From the IMG/VR virus record IMGVR_UViG_3300020161_002440, positions 3,436 through 67,435 of that record: a stretch of 64,000 nucleotides of DNA; one strand, 5' to 3'. Below, in pieces: positions 8,998 through 17,245 of this stretch; the first letter of the stretch is position 1, and each line of letters starts with the position of its first letter. A program made the translations under genes and the position numbers. This DNA comes from a virus (lineage: Duplodnaviria > Caudoviricetes). A model generated the notes under the pieces. That model worked only from the letters and a program-made list of their open reading frames with translations, was not told the DNA's origin and ran no database searches.

Positions 8998-9513
8998 ATG
9001 AGTCAAAATAAAGTACCAATTACAAGATTAGGAAAATTCTTTGGAGCCGAAGACTACGCATTAGATGTTGAGATGGGTAGAGAGTGGTTAGAAGGTGATA
9101 TGAACTTCACATTAGTATTATATCGAGTTGATAGATATAAAACTAAAACTGATGATGTTTATGGTGAAACTGTTTCTGATGGTATTAAGTTTAGAACTCC
9201 TGTAGAGTTTAAAGCCTTTGTCCAAGTTATGGCACCTGAAAATAAAAATTTAGGTAATTCTAAAATAGAACAGTTTGAACCTGGTAATGTTAGAATATCT
9301 GTTTATCAATCTCATTTAGAAGAATTAGATATAGATATTGAATATGGGGACTACATTGGGTACTATGAAACAGAGACAAGAGTTAGATATTATGTTGTAG
9401 CTAATGATGGTAGGGTTGTATCTGACAATAAACATACTTACGGTGGTTATAAACCATTTTATAGGACTATAATAGCGACGCCTGTAAGTGAAAATGAATT
9501 TAGAGGTTTATAA
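8998..9513 (+). CDS. Neck / head-closure protein, T4 gp14-like
   Basis: Likely start ATG 8998 (the track start at 8902 overlaps the divergent helicase). LYRVD...DDVYGE motif and beta-barrel pattern (GDYIGY...YYVV); lies upstream of the gp15-like gene. Confidence 0.7.
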   Translation: MSQNKVPITRLGKFFGAEDYALDVEMGREWLEGDMNFTLVLYRVDRYKTKTDDVYGETVSDGIKFRTPVEFKAFVQVMAPENKNLGNSKIEQFEPGNVRISVYQSHLEELDIDIEYGDYIGYYETETRVRYYVVANDGRVVSDNKHTYGGYKPFYRTIIATPVSENEFRGL

Positions 9514-10058
9514 TGAAAATTATAATTACGGAAAGACAAAAAAATTTAATATTTGAGTCTGTTAATGATGGTGAAGTTGTTTGTGATTCTTGTGGATGGT
9601 CTTGGAAATTAATTGAGGGCGGTGATGACCCATATATTTGTCACAAATGTGGTCACGACAACGCTGAAGATGAATTTATTGGTAAACGAGTTATGGTTTA
9701 TTATAACTTACATAAACATACATTTTCGGTGACATATAAATCAAAAGTAATCTTACACGCTGATTTTGTAAAATTAAGTGATGTTGAGTTTAGAGTTAGA
9801 CAAGGGGGTAAAGAAAAAGTTAGAACTGATAAAAGTAAAAATGTCCACGCATTTGTTATTGGTACTTTAGTTGATTATTGTCAATATCCTTGCCCTAACA
9901 TACCTGAAGAATCTAATGATAATATTGTAACGTATAACCCTTACAAATACGATAGTTTTGTTTATAAATCAAATGAGAAACCTGTATATACTGCAAAAGA
10001 AGTTGATATGATTAACAAAAAAAATAAATTATTTGTAATTAATGAAATAAGAAAGTAA
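9513..10058 (+). CDS. Hypothetical protein: CxxC...CxxC zinc ribbon plus a widespread phage domain
   Basis: CDSC and CHKC; then VYYNLHK...V.F.VR.GG...V...K.KNVHAFV.G...YNPYKYDSFV; N-terminus MKIIITE. Confidence 0.75.
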   Translation: MKIIITERQKNLIFESVNDGEVVCDSCGWSWKLIEGGDDPYICHKCGHDNAEDEFIGKRVMVYYNLHKHTFSVTYKSKVILHADFVKLSDVEFRVRQGGKEKVRTDKSKNVHAFVIGTLVDYCQYPCPNIPEESNDNIVTYNPYKYDSFVYKSNEKPVYTAKEVDMINKKNKLFVINEIRK

Positions 10059-11098
10059 TGGGATTTCCTAAAAAAATAAAAAAAGATATTAGTTTAACAC
10101 CTCACAGAACTCTATACCCAAGAAGAGTTGAGTTGTTAGATAAAATAAATGAACACGGTACTTTTTTACCTAAATCTATTTTGCACGCCGATTTAGATAG
10201 AGGGTTTTTAGATTTTGTTAAAAATGATTTAAGAGTAGTTTCAGAAGGAAAAGTTATCCCAAATATTGATATTATTATCACAACCCAAAATTGGGCTCAA
10301 TTTACTCAAACTTGGAATTTCCAAGATTTAGATAAAAACGTTTCACCACCATTTATAAGTGTTGTTAGAGCACCTGAAATAAAATACGGGTCTAATCCCT
10401 CATTACTATATACAATACCAAATAGAAGACAATATTATTACGCTTCAGTTCCTAGTTTTGATGGTGATAGAATAAACGTGGATGTTTATAAGATACCACA
10501 ACCAGTTCCTGTTGATATCAAATACTCAATTAAAATAATTTGTAATCGAATGAGAGAATTAAACTCATTGAATAAAACAATATTACAAAAATTTTCTTCA
10601 AGACAAGCCTATACAAACATTAAAGGTCATTATATTCCAATAATAATGGATAATGTTTCTGACGAATCAGTAATGGACCTTGAAAAACGAAAGTACTATA
10701 TACAAACTTACGACTTTACTATGTTAGGGTTTTTAATAGATGAAGATGAGTTTGAGGTTAAACCTGGTGTCGAAAGAGTTTTTCAAATATATGAAGTTCA
10801 AGACGGAGGTAATAGAAAGAAAAAGAGACCTGCATTAGAAAACCCAAGAAATTATCCTGTTGTTATTGAATTTATTGATGAGAATTCTTTAGTTGTACAA
10901 AGATTTTATGATAAAGTTGATTTAACGTTAATTAAAACAAATAACGTTACCAACTATGATGTGTATATTGATAATCAATATTATGGTAGAAATCCGACGA
11001 AAATACAAGTAAATGGAAATGATGTTGTTAAGTTTGAAATTGAAAAAGAATTCTCTAATCAAACATCAACAATAACATTTGAAGCGACATTAGTTTAA
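10058..11098 (+). CDS. Tail terminator / sheath stabiliser, T4 gp15-like
   Basis: PQPVPVDIKYSIKIICNRMRELNSLNKTILQKF matches the gp15 PVP...F.L.I...QI.EQIL..F pattern; lies directly before the sheath gene. Confidence 0.75.
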   Translation: MGFPKKIKKDISLTPHRTLYPRRVELLDKINEHGTFLPKSILHADLDRGFLDFVKNDLRVVSEGKVIPNIDIIITTQNWAQFTQTWNFQDLDKNVSPPFISVVRAPEIKYGSNPSLLYTIPNRRQYYYASVPSFDGDRINVDVYKIPQPVPVDIKYSIKIICNRMRELNSLNKTILQKFSSRQAYTNIKGHYIPIIMDNVSDESVMDLEKRKYYIQTYDFTMLGFLIDEDEFEVKPGVERVFQIYEVQDGGNRKKKRPALENPRNYPVVIEFIDENSLVVQRFYDKVDLTLIKTNNVTNYDVYIDNQYYGRNPTKIQVNGNDVVKFEIEKEFSNQTSTITFEATLV

Positions 11099-11259
11099 CT
11101 TTCTCCGTAGATATCCTTCTTTTCTTTACAAGTTTCAATGATTAAATTTTCAATAAACTTATAAATTTTAATTCCCCTCTTATCACAATATTTTTTTAGG
11201 ATATCGTGTGATTCTACCGAAATTTTAAGATTTTTAATCTTTTTGACAGGTTCTTCCAT
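11095..11259 (-). CDS. Small ribbon-helix-helix (CopG/Arc-like) DNA-binding protein, 54 aa, not in the ORF track
   Basis: Hand translation: MEEPVKKIKNLKISVESHDILKKYCDKRGIKIYKFIENLIIETCKEKKDIYGES*. Beta strand (KNLKI), helix, G turn, helix. Fills the gap exactly; stop overlaps the gp15-like stop. Confidence 0.75.
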   Translation of the reverse strand: MEEPVKKIKNLKISVESHDILKKYCDKRGIKIYKFIENLIIETCKEKKDIYGES

Positions 11260-11300
11260 ATTAATAAGTAGAAAAAAGGCAGAAAAAAGTCTGCCAGAAT

Positions 11301-11307
11301 ATAAATA
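11301..11307 (-). promoter_or_regulatory. TATTTAT late-type motif (minus strand) for the RHH gene
   Basis: ATAAATA on + strand, 41 nt upstream of the RHH start at 11259. Confidence 0.35.
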
Positions 11308-11344
11308 TGTTTTTAAAAGTAAAGTTTTTTCATCTAAAAACGAA

Positions 11345-11351
11345 TATTTAT
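11345..11351 (+). promoter_or_regulatory. TATTTAT late-type motif
   Basis: 34 nt upstream of the sheath ATG. Confidence 0.5.
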
Positions 11352-11385
11352 GAATAAATAAAACTGAACAGAAATTTAAAAAATA

Positions 11386-14300
11386 ATGGCAACAAACAGT
11401 AAAGTATTCGTGTCACCAGGTGTGTACACTTCTGAAAGAGACTTAAGCTTTGTAGCTCAGAGTGTTGGGGTAACAACTTTAGGTATTGTGGGTGAGACTT
11501 TAAGAGGTCCTGCGTTCGAACCTATTTTCATTACTAACTATGATGAGTTCCAAGCTTATTTCGGGGGAACTAACCCTGAGAAATTTATAAACACGCAAAT
11601 CCCAAAATATGAGGCGTCTTACATCGCTAAATCATACCTTCAACAATCAAATCAATTGTTTGTTACAAGAGTATTAGGTTTATCAGGTTATGATGCGGGT
11701 CCTTCTTGGTCAATTCAAACTATTGCCAACTTAGACCCTACAACTCTAAAAATGGACGAGGTTTGTTCTAGTGTACCAAACTATAACGACAATACTTGTG
11801 ATTTAACTTGTACTGGAGTATCACTTAGTTTTGACGTTGAGTTTACGGGATGTAGTAACCAAGATGGTTCGATTACTTTCTTAACTAATTTCCCAGCTGA
11901 AATTCAAAACATATTAACAAACGAATATACTCAATTTGACGGTGGAACTTCATCGTTATCTCAAGATATTAAAGACCAATTATTGGGTGTATTTGCACAA
12001 CCAAGTTTAAGTGCAACATCAATTAATTATTGGGGTAGTATTGATAATATCGATTATGATATTTTATCACCTGTGTTTACTAACCCAAATAACGTACTTG
12101 GAGTACCAAGTGTTAATGAAGCAACCACAGATTTTACATCATCATATAATGACCCTTGGTATTACGCTTTATTTGACAACTACTCAGGTAATAGTTATTC
12201 AGGTTATTCTTTTTGGACTGTAGTTTCAAACTTAACTATGTTACCAAAAACAACAACTACAACAACAACATTTGCACCTATAACAACAACAAGTACAACT
12301 CAAAACCCTTGTAATACTACAACTACAACAATTCCTGTAAGTACAACTACAACAACTCAACCTGATTGTTTCTCAGGAACAGTACACGGTAAGATTTATT
12401 ATTATTCAGGTTCAGCTTATAGTGATTACAATAATTTAGTAGTTGCAACTTTACGTTCAAGAGGTATTTCAAATTATAACTCAACACAAAAAGGACCTGA
12501 TTATGAAGTTAGTCAATTAAGTGCGGTTACTTTAGATTTTAGCGGTAGCTATAGTGCGGTAACTAAAAATCCTTTTACACCATTTGCGGTTAATGTAACT
12601 AATGATGATGGAAAGTCTTATGTATTCAAAACTTCATTACAAAGTTCTGACTCAACATACGTTTCAAAAGTATTTGGTTTAGGTAATTTCTCTAAACCAA
12701 GAACAGAAGTTCCTTTATTCTTAGAAGAAAGATTCTCAAGTTTATTAAATTGGGCTTATAAGAAAGGTTATATTAGAGGTTTAAGACAAAATTTAGTTAA
12801 ATTAGATTCTGCAAGAAGTGAAGAATTAGACAATATTGCGTTTTATGTTGAAAAATATCAAACACCTGAATCACCTTGGTTAGTTTCTGAATTAAGAGGT
12901 AGTCAAGTTTATAAGTTGTTTAAATTTATATCTATTGCTGACGGTAATAGTGCAAACGACCAATTAAAAATATCTATTGCAAACATATCGTTTAATAACT
13001 CAACCTTTGATGTTATTGTACGTGATTTTTACGATACTGACGATGCACCTGTTGTGATTGAAAAATTCACAAATTGTTCAATGGACCCAGGTCAAAATAA
13101 TTTCGTAGGTAAAAAGATTGGTTCTTCTGATGGTGAATTTTCATTAAATTCTAAATTCATTATGGTTGAAATTAATGAAGACGCACCTATTGATTCATTA
13201 CCTTGTGGTTATGAAGGTTATAATTTTAGATTGTATGACGGTGTTAATTCTCCATTCCCAATCTATAAAACTAAATACGACTACCCTGGTGAAGTTATTT
13301 ATAACCCACCGTTTGGATACTCATCAGGTAATGATGACCCTGCAGTATCTTCAGGTGATAATGTTAGACGTACTTATTTAGGATTGTCAACATCAATTGG
13401 TTACGATTTAGATTTCTTCCAATATGTTGGTAAACAAAATTTAGGTACTATGTGTACACCAGCTTTACAAAATTGGCCGTACATTACTAAAGGTTTCCAT
13501 ATGGACTCAGGAGCAACAGTTGTAACAATTCCTGATGGATATACTACTTCAGGTCAAACTGCATTTGCAGTAGGTGATGCACCATTTAATAGTGAACCAA
13601 CAAACACTGATAGTCCATACTACAGATTATATTCAAGAAAATATACTTTATTTGTAGGAGGTGGTTTTGACGGATGGGATATCTACAGAGAATCAAGAAC
13701 AAATACTGATAGATTCGTATTAGGTCAGTCAGGTTATTTAGCAGGAGCTTGTGCGGATGATAGATATACAAACGCGACAGGTGACGGATTATTCTCAAGA
13801 ATAACAGTTGGTGATAACTCAAATGATTGGGCAAACACTGACTATTACGCTTACTTATTAGGACAAAAAACATTTGTTAACCCTGAAGCGGTTAATATCA
13901 ATGTATTTGTAACACCTGGTATTGATTATGTTAATAATAGTAATCTAATCGAGGATGCGGTTGATATGGTAGAAAATGACAGAGCAGATTCATTGTACAT
14001 TTGTACAACACCTGACTTTAATATGTTTGTACCAACAACAACTAACCAAGAAGATTTTATTTATCCGACTGAGGCAGTTGATAACTTAGAAAACACTGGA
14101 ATCGACTCAAACTACACCGCAACTTACTACCCTTGGGTATTAACAAGAGATACTGTTAACAACACTCAGATTTATATTCCAGCAACTGCTGAGGTTACAA
14201 GAAACTTAGCGTTAACTGATAATATCGCATTCCCTTGGTTCGCATCAGCGGGTTATACAAGAGGTTTAGTAAATGCAATCAAAGCAAGACGTAAACTGAC

Positions 14301-14727
14301 TCAAGAAGATAGAGACACTCTTTATGTTGGTAGAATTAATCCAATTGCAACATTCTCTGACGTAGGAACTGTAATTTGGGGTAATAAAACTTTACAAGTT
14401 AGAGAATCTGCTCTTGATAGAATTAACGTAAGAAGATTGTTATTACAAGCTCGTAAGTTGATTTCAGCAGTAGCAGTAAGATTGTTATTCGAACAAAACG
14501 ATGAAAAAGTAAGACAAGATTTCTTAGATGCGGTTAATCCTATCTTAGATGCTATCAGAAGAGACAGAGGTTTATACGATTTCCGTGTAACTGTTTCGTC
14601 TTCAACTGAGGACTTAGATAAAAACCAATTAGTAGGTAAAATTTATATTAAACCAACTAAAGCATTAGAATTTATCGATATCGAATTTTTAATTACTCCA
14701 ACAGGAGCATCATTTGATAATATCTAA
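11386..14727 (+). CDS. Contractile tail sheath protein (gp18-like), enlarged to 1113 aa
   Basis: N-term SPGVYTSERDLS...GIVGET.RGP; C-term PWFASAGYTRG, INPIATF...IWGNKTL, RINVRRLLL, FEQND, IYIKPTKALEFIDIEF. Confidence 0.97.
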   Translation: MATNSKVFVSPGVYTSERDLSFVAQSVGVTTLGIVGETLRGPAFEPIFITNYDEFQAYFGGTNPEKFINTQIPKYEASYIAKSYLQQSNQLFVTRVLGLSGYDAGPSWSIQTIANLDPTTLKMDEVCSSVPNYNDNTCDLTCTGVSLSFDVEFTGCSNQDGSITFLTNFPAEIQNILTNEYTQFDGGTSSLSQDIKDQLLGVFAQPSLSATSINYWGSIDNIDYDILSPVFTNPNNVLGVPSVNEATTDFTSSYNDPWYYALFDNYSGNSYSGYSFWTVVSNLTMLPKTTTTTTTFAPITTTSTTQNPCNTTTTTIPVSTTTTTQPDCFSGTVHGKIYYYSGSAYSDYNNLVVATLRSRGISNYNSTQKGPDYEVSQLSAVTLDFSGSYSAVTKNPFTPFAVNVTNDDGKSYVFKTSLQSSDSTYVSKVFGLGNFSKPRTEVPLFLEERFSSLLNWAYKKGYIRGLRQNLVKLDSARSEELDNIAFYVEKYQTPESPWLVSELRGSQVYKLFKFISIADGNSANDQLKISIANISFNNSTFDVIVRDFYDTDDAPVVIEKFTNCSMDPGQNNFVGKKIGSSDGEFSLNSKFIMVEINEDAPIDSLPCGYEGYNFRLYDGVNSPFPIYKTKYDYPGEVIYNPPFGYSSGNDDPAVSSGDNVRRTYLGLSTSIGYDLDFFQYVGKQNLGTMCTPALQNWPYITKGFHMDSGATVVTIPDGYTTSGQTAFAVGDAPFNSEPTNTDSPYYRLYSRKYTLFVGGGFDGWDIYRESRTNTDRFVLGQSGYLAGACADDRYTNATGDGLFSRITVGDNSNDWANTDYYAYLLGQKTFVNPEAVNINVFVTPGIDYVNNSNLIEDAVDMVENDRADSLYICTTPDFNMFVPTTTNQEDFIYPTEAVDNLENTGIDSNYTATYYPWVLTRDTVNNTQIYIPATAEVTRNLALTDNIAFPWFASAGYTRGLVNAIKARRKLTQEDRDTLYVGRINPIATFSDVGTVIWGNKTLQVRESALDRINVRRLLLQARKLISAVAVRLLFEQNDEKVRQDFLDAVNPILDAIRRDRGLYDFRVTVSSSTEDLDKNQLVGKIYIKPTKALEFIDIEFLITPTGASFDNI
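12250..12357 (+). repeat. Thr-rich mucin-like tract inside the sheath protein
   Basis: TTTTTTTFAPITTTSTTQNPCNTTTTTIPVSTTTTT (22 Thr in 36 aa); ACA/ACT codon runs. Confidence 0.9.
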
Positions 14728-14738
14728 TAATTATTAAT

Positions 14739-14766
14739 AAGAGTGGGGTCAAATCCCCACTCTTTA
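14739..14766 (+). terminator. Stem-loop after the sheath gene (terminator or mRNA-stabilising hairpin)
   Basis: AAGAGTGGGG-TCAAAT-CCCCACTCTT: 10-bp perfect stem; short T tail; ends 10 nt before the next ATG. Confidence 0.6.
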
Positions 14767-14774
14767 TAGCCAAG

Positions 14775-15590
14775 ATGAAAAGAAATATAAAAGAAGGATT
14801 CACACAAGAAGGTACACCTGATTTAAAGTACTACGCTTTTGATTGGGATGATAACATTGCAACAATGCCAACCAGAATTATGTTAAAAGATAAAGACGGT
14901 GATGAAGTTGGGATGACTACTGAAGATTTTGCTCATTATAGAACACAAATAGGTAAGGAAGATTTTGAGTATAATGGTAAAACTATTATTGGTTTTGCGG
15001 AGAATCCATTTAGAAACTTCAGAACTGAAGGTGATAAATCATTTTTAGTTGACTCAATGTTAGCAAAACCAGGTCCTGCTTGGGACGATTTTGTGGAAGC
15101 AATCAACAACGGTTCGATTTTTTCGATAATAACTGCGAGGGGTCATAACCCAAACACTTTAAAAGAGGCGGTTTATAATTATATTATTTCAGGTTTCAAC
15201 GGAATTGACAAAAAAGAACTTGTTAAAAATTTAAAAAAATTTAGAAGTTTTTCAGACGAGGAAGACTTAAACGATATGGAATTAATTAAAACGTATCTTG
15301 ATTTATGTAAATTTTATCCTGTATCATTTGGAACAGGTGCTGAAGCCAATCCTGAAGAAGAAAAAGTAAAAGCGTTAAAAGGTTTTGTGAGTTATATTAA
15401 AGATTTGTCAAATCAATTAAATAAAAAGGCGTACCTTAAAAATGACGTTAGTAATAATTTCATACCAACAATAGGGTTCTCCGATGATGATATTAGAAAT
15501 GTTGAGGCGATTAAGAAACATTTTGAAGATGACCCAGATAACATAATACAAACTTATTCTACATCTGGAGGCAAAAAAACTAAATACTAA
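14775..15590 (+). CDS. HAD-superfamily phosphohydrolase
   Basis: Motif I YYAFDWDDNI (DxD), motif II SIITARG, Lys in EEEKVKAL, motif IV GFSDDD. Confidence 0.75.
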   Translation: MKRNIKEGFTQEGTPDLKYYAFDWDDNIATMPTRIMLKDKDGDEVGMTTEDFAHYRTQIGKEDFEYNGKTIIGFAENPFRNFRTEGDKSFLVDSMLAKPGPAWDDFVEAINNGSIFSIITARGHNPNTLKEAVYNYIISGFNGIDKKELVKNLKKFRSFSDEEDLNDMELIKTYLDLCKFYPVSFGTGAEANPEEEKVKALKGFVSYIKDLSNQLNKKAYLKNDVSNNFIPTIGFSDDDIRNVEAIKKHFEDDPDNIIQTYSTSGGKKTKY

Positions 15591-15697
15591 TAAAATATTT
15601 AATAAATAATAATAATTAACTAGTTATATAAGTAATTCTAGTATAAGAGTAAAAAAATAAAAACAAAAAGTAAATACAAGAATTTTGAAGTTTGTAG

Positions 15698-15704
15698 TAT
15701 TTAT
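15698..15704 (+). promoter_or_regulatory. TATTTAT late-type motif
   Basis: 38 nt upstream of the tube ATG. Confidence 0.5.
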
Positions 15705-15742
15705 ATAATATAAAATAAAAAAAAATTTAAAAAGAAAATATT

Positions 15743-16231
15743 ATGGCTGATTTATTGATGAAAATGCCGATACCGTATGAACCAAAAAGAATGAACCGAT
15801 TCATTCTTAGGTTTCCATCTACATTAGGTATTAACGAATGGTTTGTAGAATCAACTTCTAGACCACACATTAAAATTAATTCTACTGAAATTCAATTCTT
15901 AAATACGTCAACATATGTTGCAGGTAGATTTACTTGGGACCCAATTAGTGTTAAATTTAGAGACCCAATTGGACCTTCAGCGGCTCAAGCTCTTATGGAG
16001 TGGGTTCGTCTACACGCAGAATCAGTTACAGGTCGTATGGGTTATGCTGCAGGTTACAAGAAAAACATTGACCTTGAGATGTTAGACCCTACAGGTGTGG
16101 TTGTTGAGAAATGGATTTTAGAAGGAACTTTCTTAACTGACGTTAGTTTTGGTGAGTTAGCTTACTCTAACGATGGTATCGCACAAATTACCGCATCACT
16201 TCGTATGGATAGATGTATCTTGGTATACTAA
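15743..16231 (+). CDS. Tail tube protein (gp19-like)
   Basis: 162 aa; YEPKR.NRF.L, AGR.TW..I.V.FRD, W...H......G....YKK...L..LDP.G.VVE.W.L.G.F...V.FG.L.Y; follows the sheath. Confidence 0.92.
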   Translation: MADLLMKMPIPYEPKRMNRFILRFPSTLGINEWFVESTSRPHIKINSTEIQFLNTSTYVAGRFTWDPISVKFRDPIGPSAAQALMEWVRLHAESVTGRMGYAAGYKKNIDLEMLDPTGVVVEKWILEGTFLTDVSFGELAYSNDGIAQITASLRMDRCILVY

Positions 16232-16264
16232 TACTATTGATAAAAAAAACACTTTAATTATATT

Positions 16265-16306
16265 TAACCGTAGGGACACTATAAACTCTCTACGGTTATT
16301 TTTTTT
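16265..16306 (+). terminator. Stem-loop with T tail after the tube gene
   Basis: TAACCGTAGGGA-CACTATAAAC-TCTCTACGGTTA: 12 bp (one G-U), followed by T8. Confidence 0.7.
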
Positions 16307-16309
16307 ATT

Positions 16310-17065
16310 ATGGACGCAACACAACAATACGCACAACAAAATTTTAGTTTACCACACGATGTGGTTAAACTTCCTTCAGGTGGATTATTTTATAAATCAA
16401 AGAAAAAGTCATTAAAGGTTGGTTATTTAACCGCTTCTGATGAAAATTTATTATTGGCAGGTTCTGATATGCCGAAAGACGGTATTATTATGTCATTATT
16501 AAGAAGTAAAATTTACGAACCTGATATTAGACCAGATGAATTACTTCAAGGAGATATTCAAGCAATTTTAATATTTTTAAGAAACACTGCCTTTGGTTCT
16601 GATTATACTTTAACTCTTAATGACCCTGAAACTAATAAATCTTTTGAAACTACAATTAGTTTAGAAGAATTGTTTATTAGAAAAACAGAGGTTCAACCAA
16701 ATGAAGATGGTACTTTTACTACAATTTTACCAAAATCTAATTTAAGTGTAAAATTAAAACCATTATCATATGGTGAATTAAATGAATTGGATAAGATGGC
16801 AGAAACTTATCCTGTAGGTAGAGTAGCTCCAAAACAAACTTGGAAATTAAATAAAATGGTTGTTGAGGTTGACGGTAATGGAGACCCTGGTCACATTGTA
16901 CAAGTTATAGAATCTTTACCTATTGCAGATGCAAAATATATCAGAAGATTTGTTGAAGAAAACGAACCTTCTTTAGACTTAACAAGAAAAATTTACGCCC
17001 CGTCAGGTAAAGAGCTCACCGTTGGTGTAAGCTTTGGGGTGGAGTTTTTTCGCCCTTTCTTCTAA
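16310..17065 (+). CDS. Tail assembly chaperone / baseplate hub assembly protein, T4 gp26-like
   Basis: VKLPSGG.FY, LTASDE..L, LL.GD..AILIFLR..AFG.DY; lies between tube and tape measure; ends GVEFFRPFF*. Confidence 0.8.
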   Translation: MDATQQYAQQNFSLPHDVVKLPSGGLFYKSKKKSLKVGYLTASDENLLLAGSDMPKDGIIMSLLRSKIYEPDIRPDELLQGDIQAILIFLRNTAFGSDYTLTLNDPETNKSFETTISLEELFIRKTEVQPNEDGTFTTILPKSNLSVKLKPLSYGELNELDKMAETYPVGRVAPKQTWKLNKMVVEVDGNGDPGHIVQVIESLPIADAKYIRRFVEENEPSLDLTRKIYAPSGKELTVGVSFGVEFFRPFF

Positions 17066-17210
17066 TTACAGAGAAGTACAATCTTGGGAATATTTTATCT
17101 GTACAAGACATTTAAATGTTTCGTATACAGATTTTATTAATATGCCCATATATCTACGAAGATATATTATTGACCAACTAGTTAAGGAAAAAAATCCTGA
17201 GGAAAACTAA
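17031..17210 (+). CDS. gp51-like / chaperone extension ORF in the +1 frame (candidate frameshift product; not in the ORF track)
   Basis: Open +1 frame 17031-17210 with no ATG in its first half: ...SFFALSSNYREVQSWEYFICTRHLNVSYTDFINMPIYLRRYIIDQLVKEKNPEEN*. Overlaps the chaperone 3' end at TTT-TTT-C. Confidence 0.7.
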   Translation, partial: ALGWSFFALSSNYREVQSWEYFICTRHLNVSYTDFINMPIYLRRYIIDQLVKEKNPEEN

Positions 17211-17218
17211 TGTGTTGG

Positions 17219-17225
17219 TATTTAT
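17219..17225 (+). promoter_or_regulatory. TATTTAT late-type motif
   Basis: 20 nt upstream of the tape measure ATG. Confidence 0.5.
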
Positions 17226-17245
17226 ATAATAAATAAAACAACACT

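Noticed and set aside
11300-11307. Exact T4 late promoter TATAAATA on the + strand upstream of the sheath
   Set aside because: No other + strand gene shows this orientation upstream. It is better explained as the minus-strand TATTTAT of the RHH gene, though dual use is not excluded.
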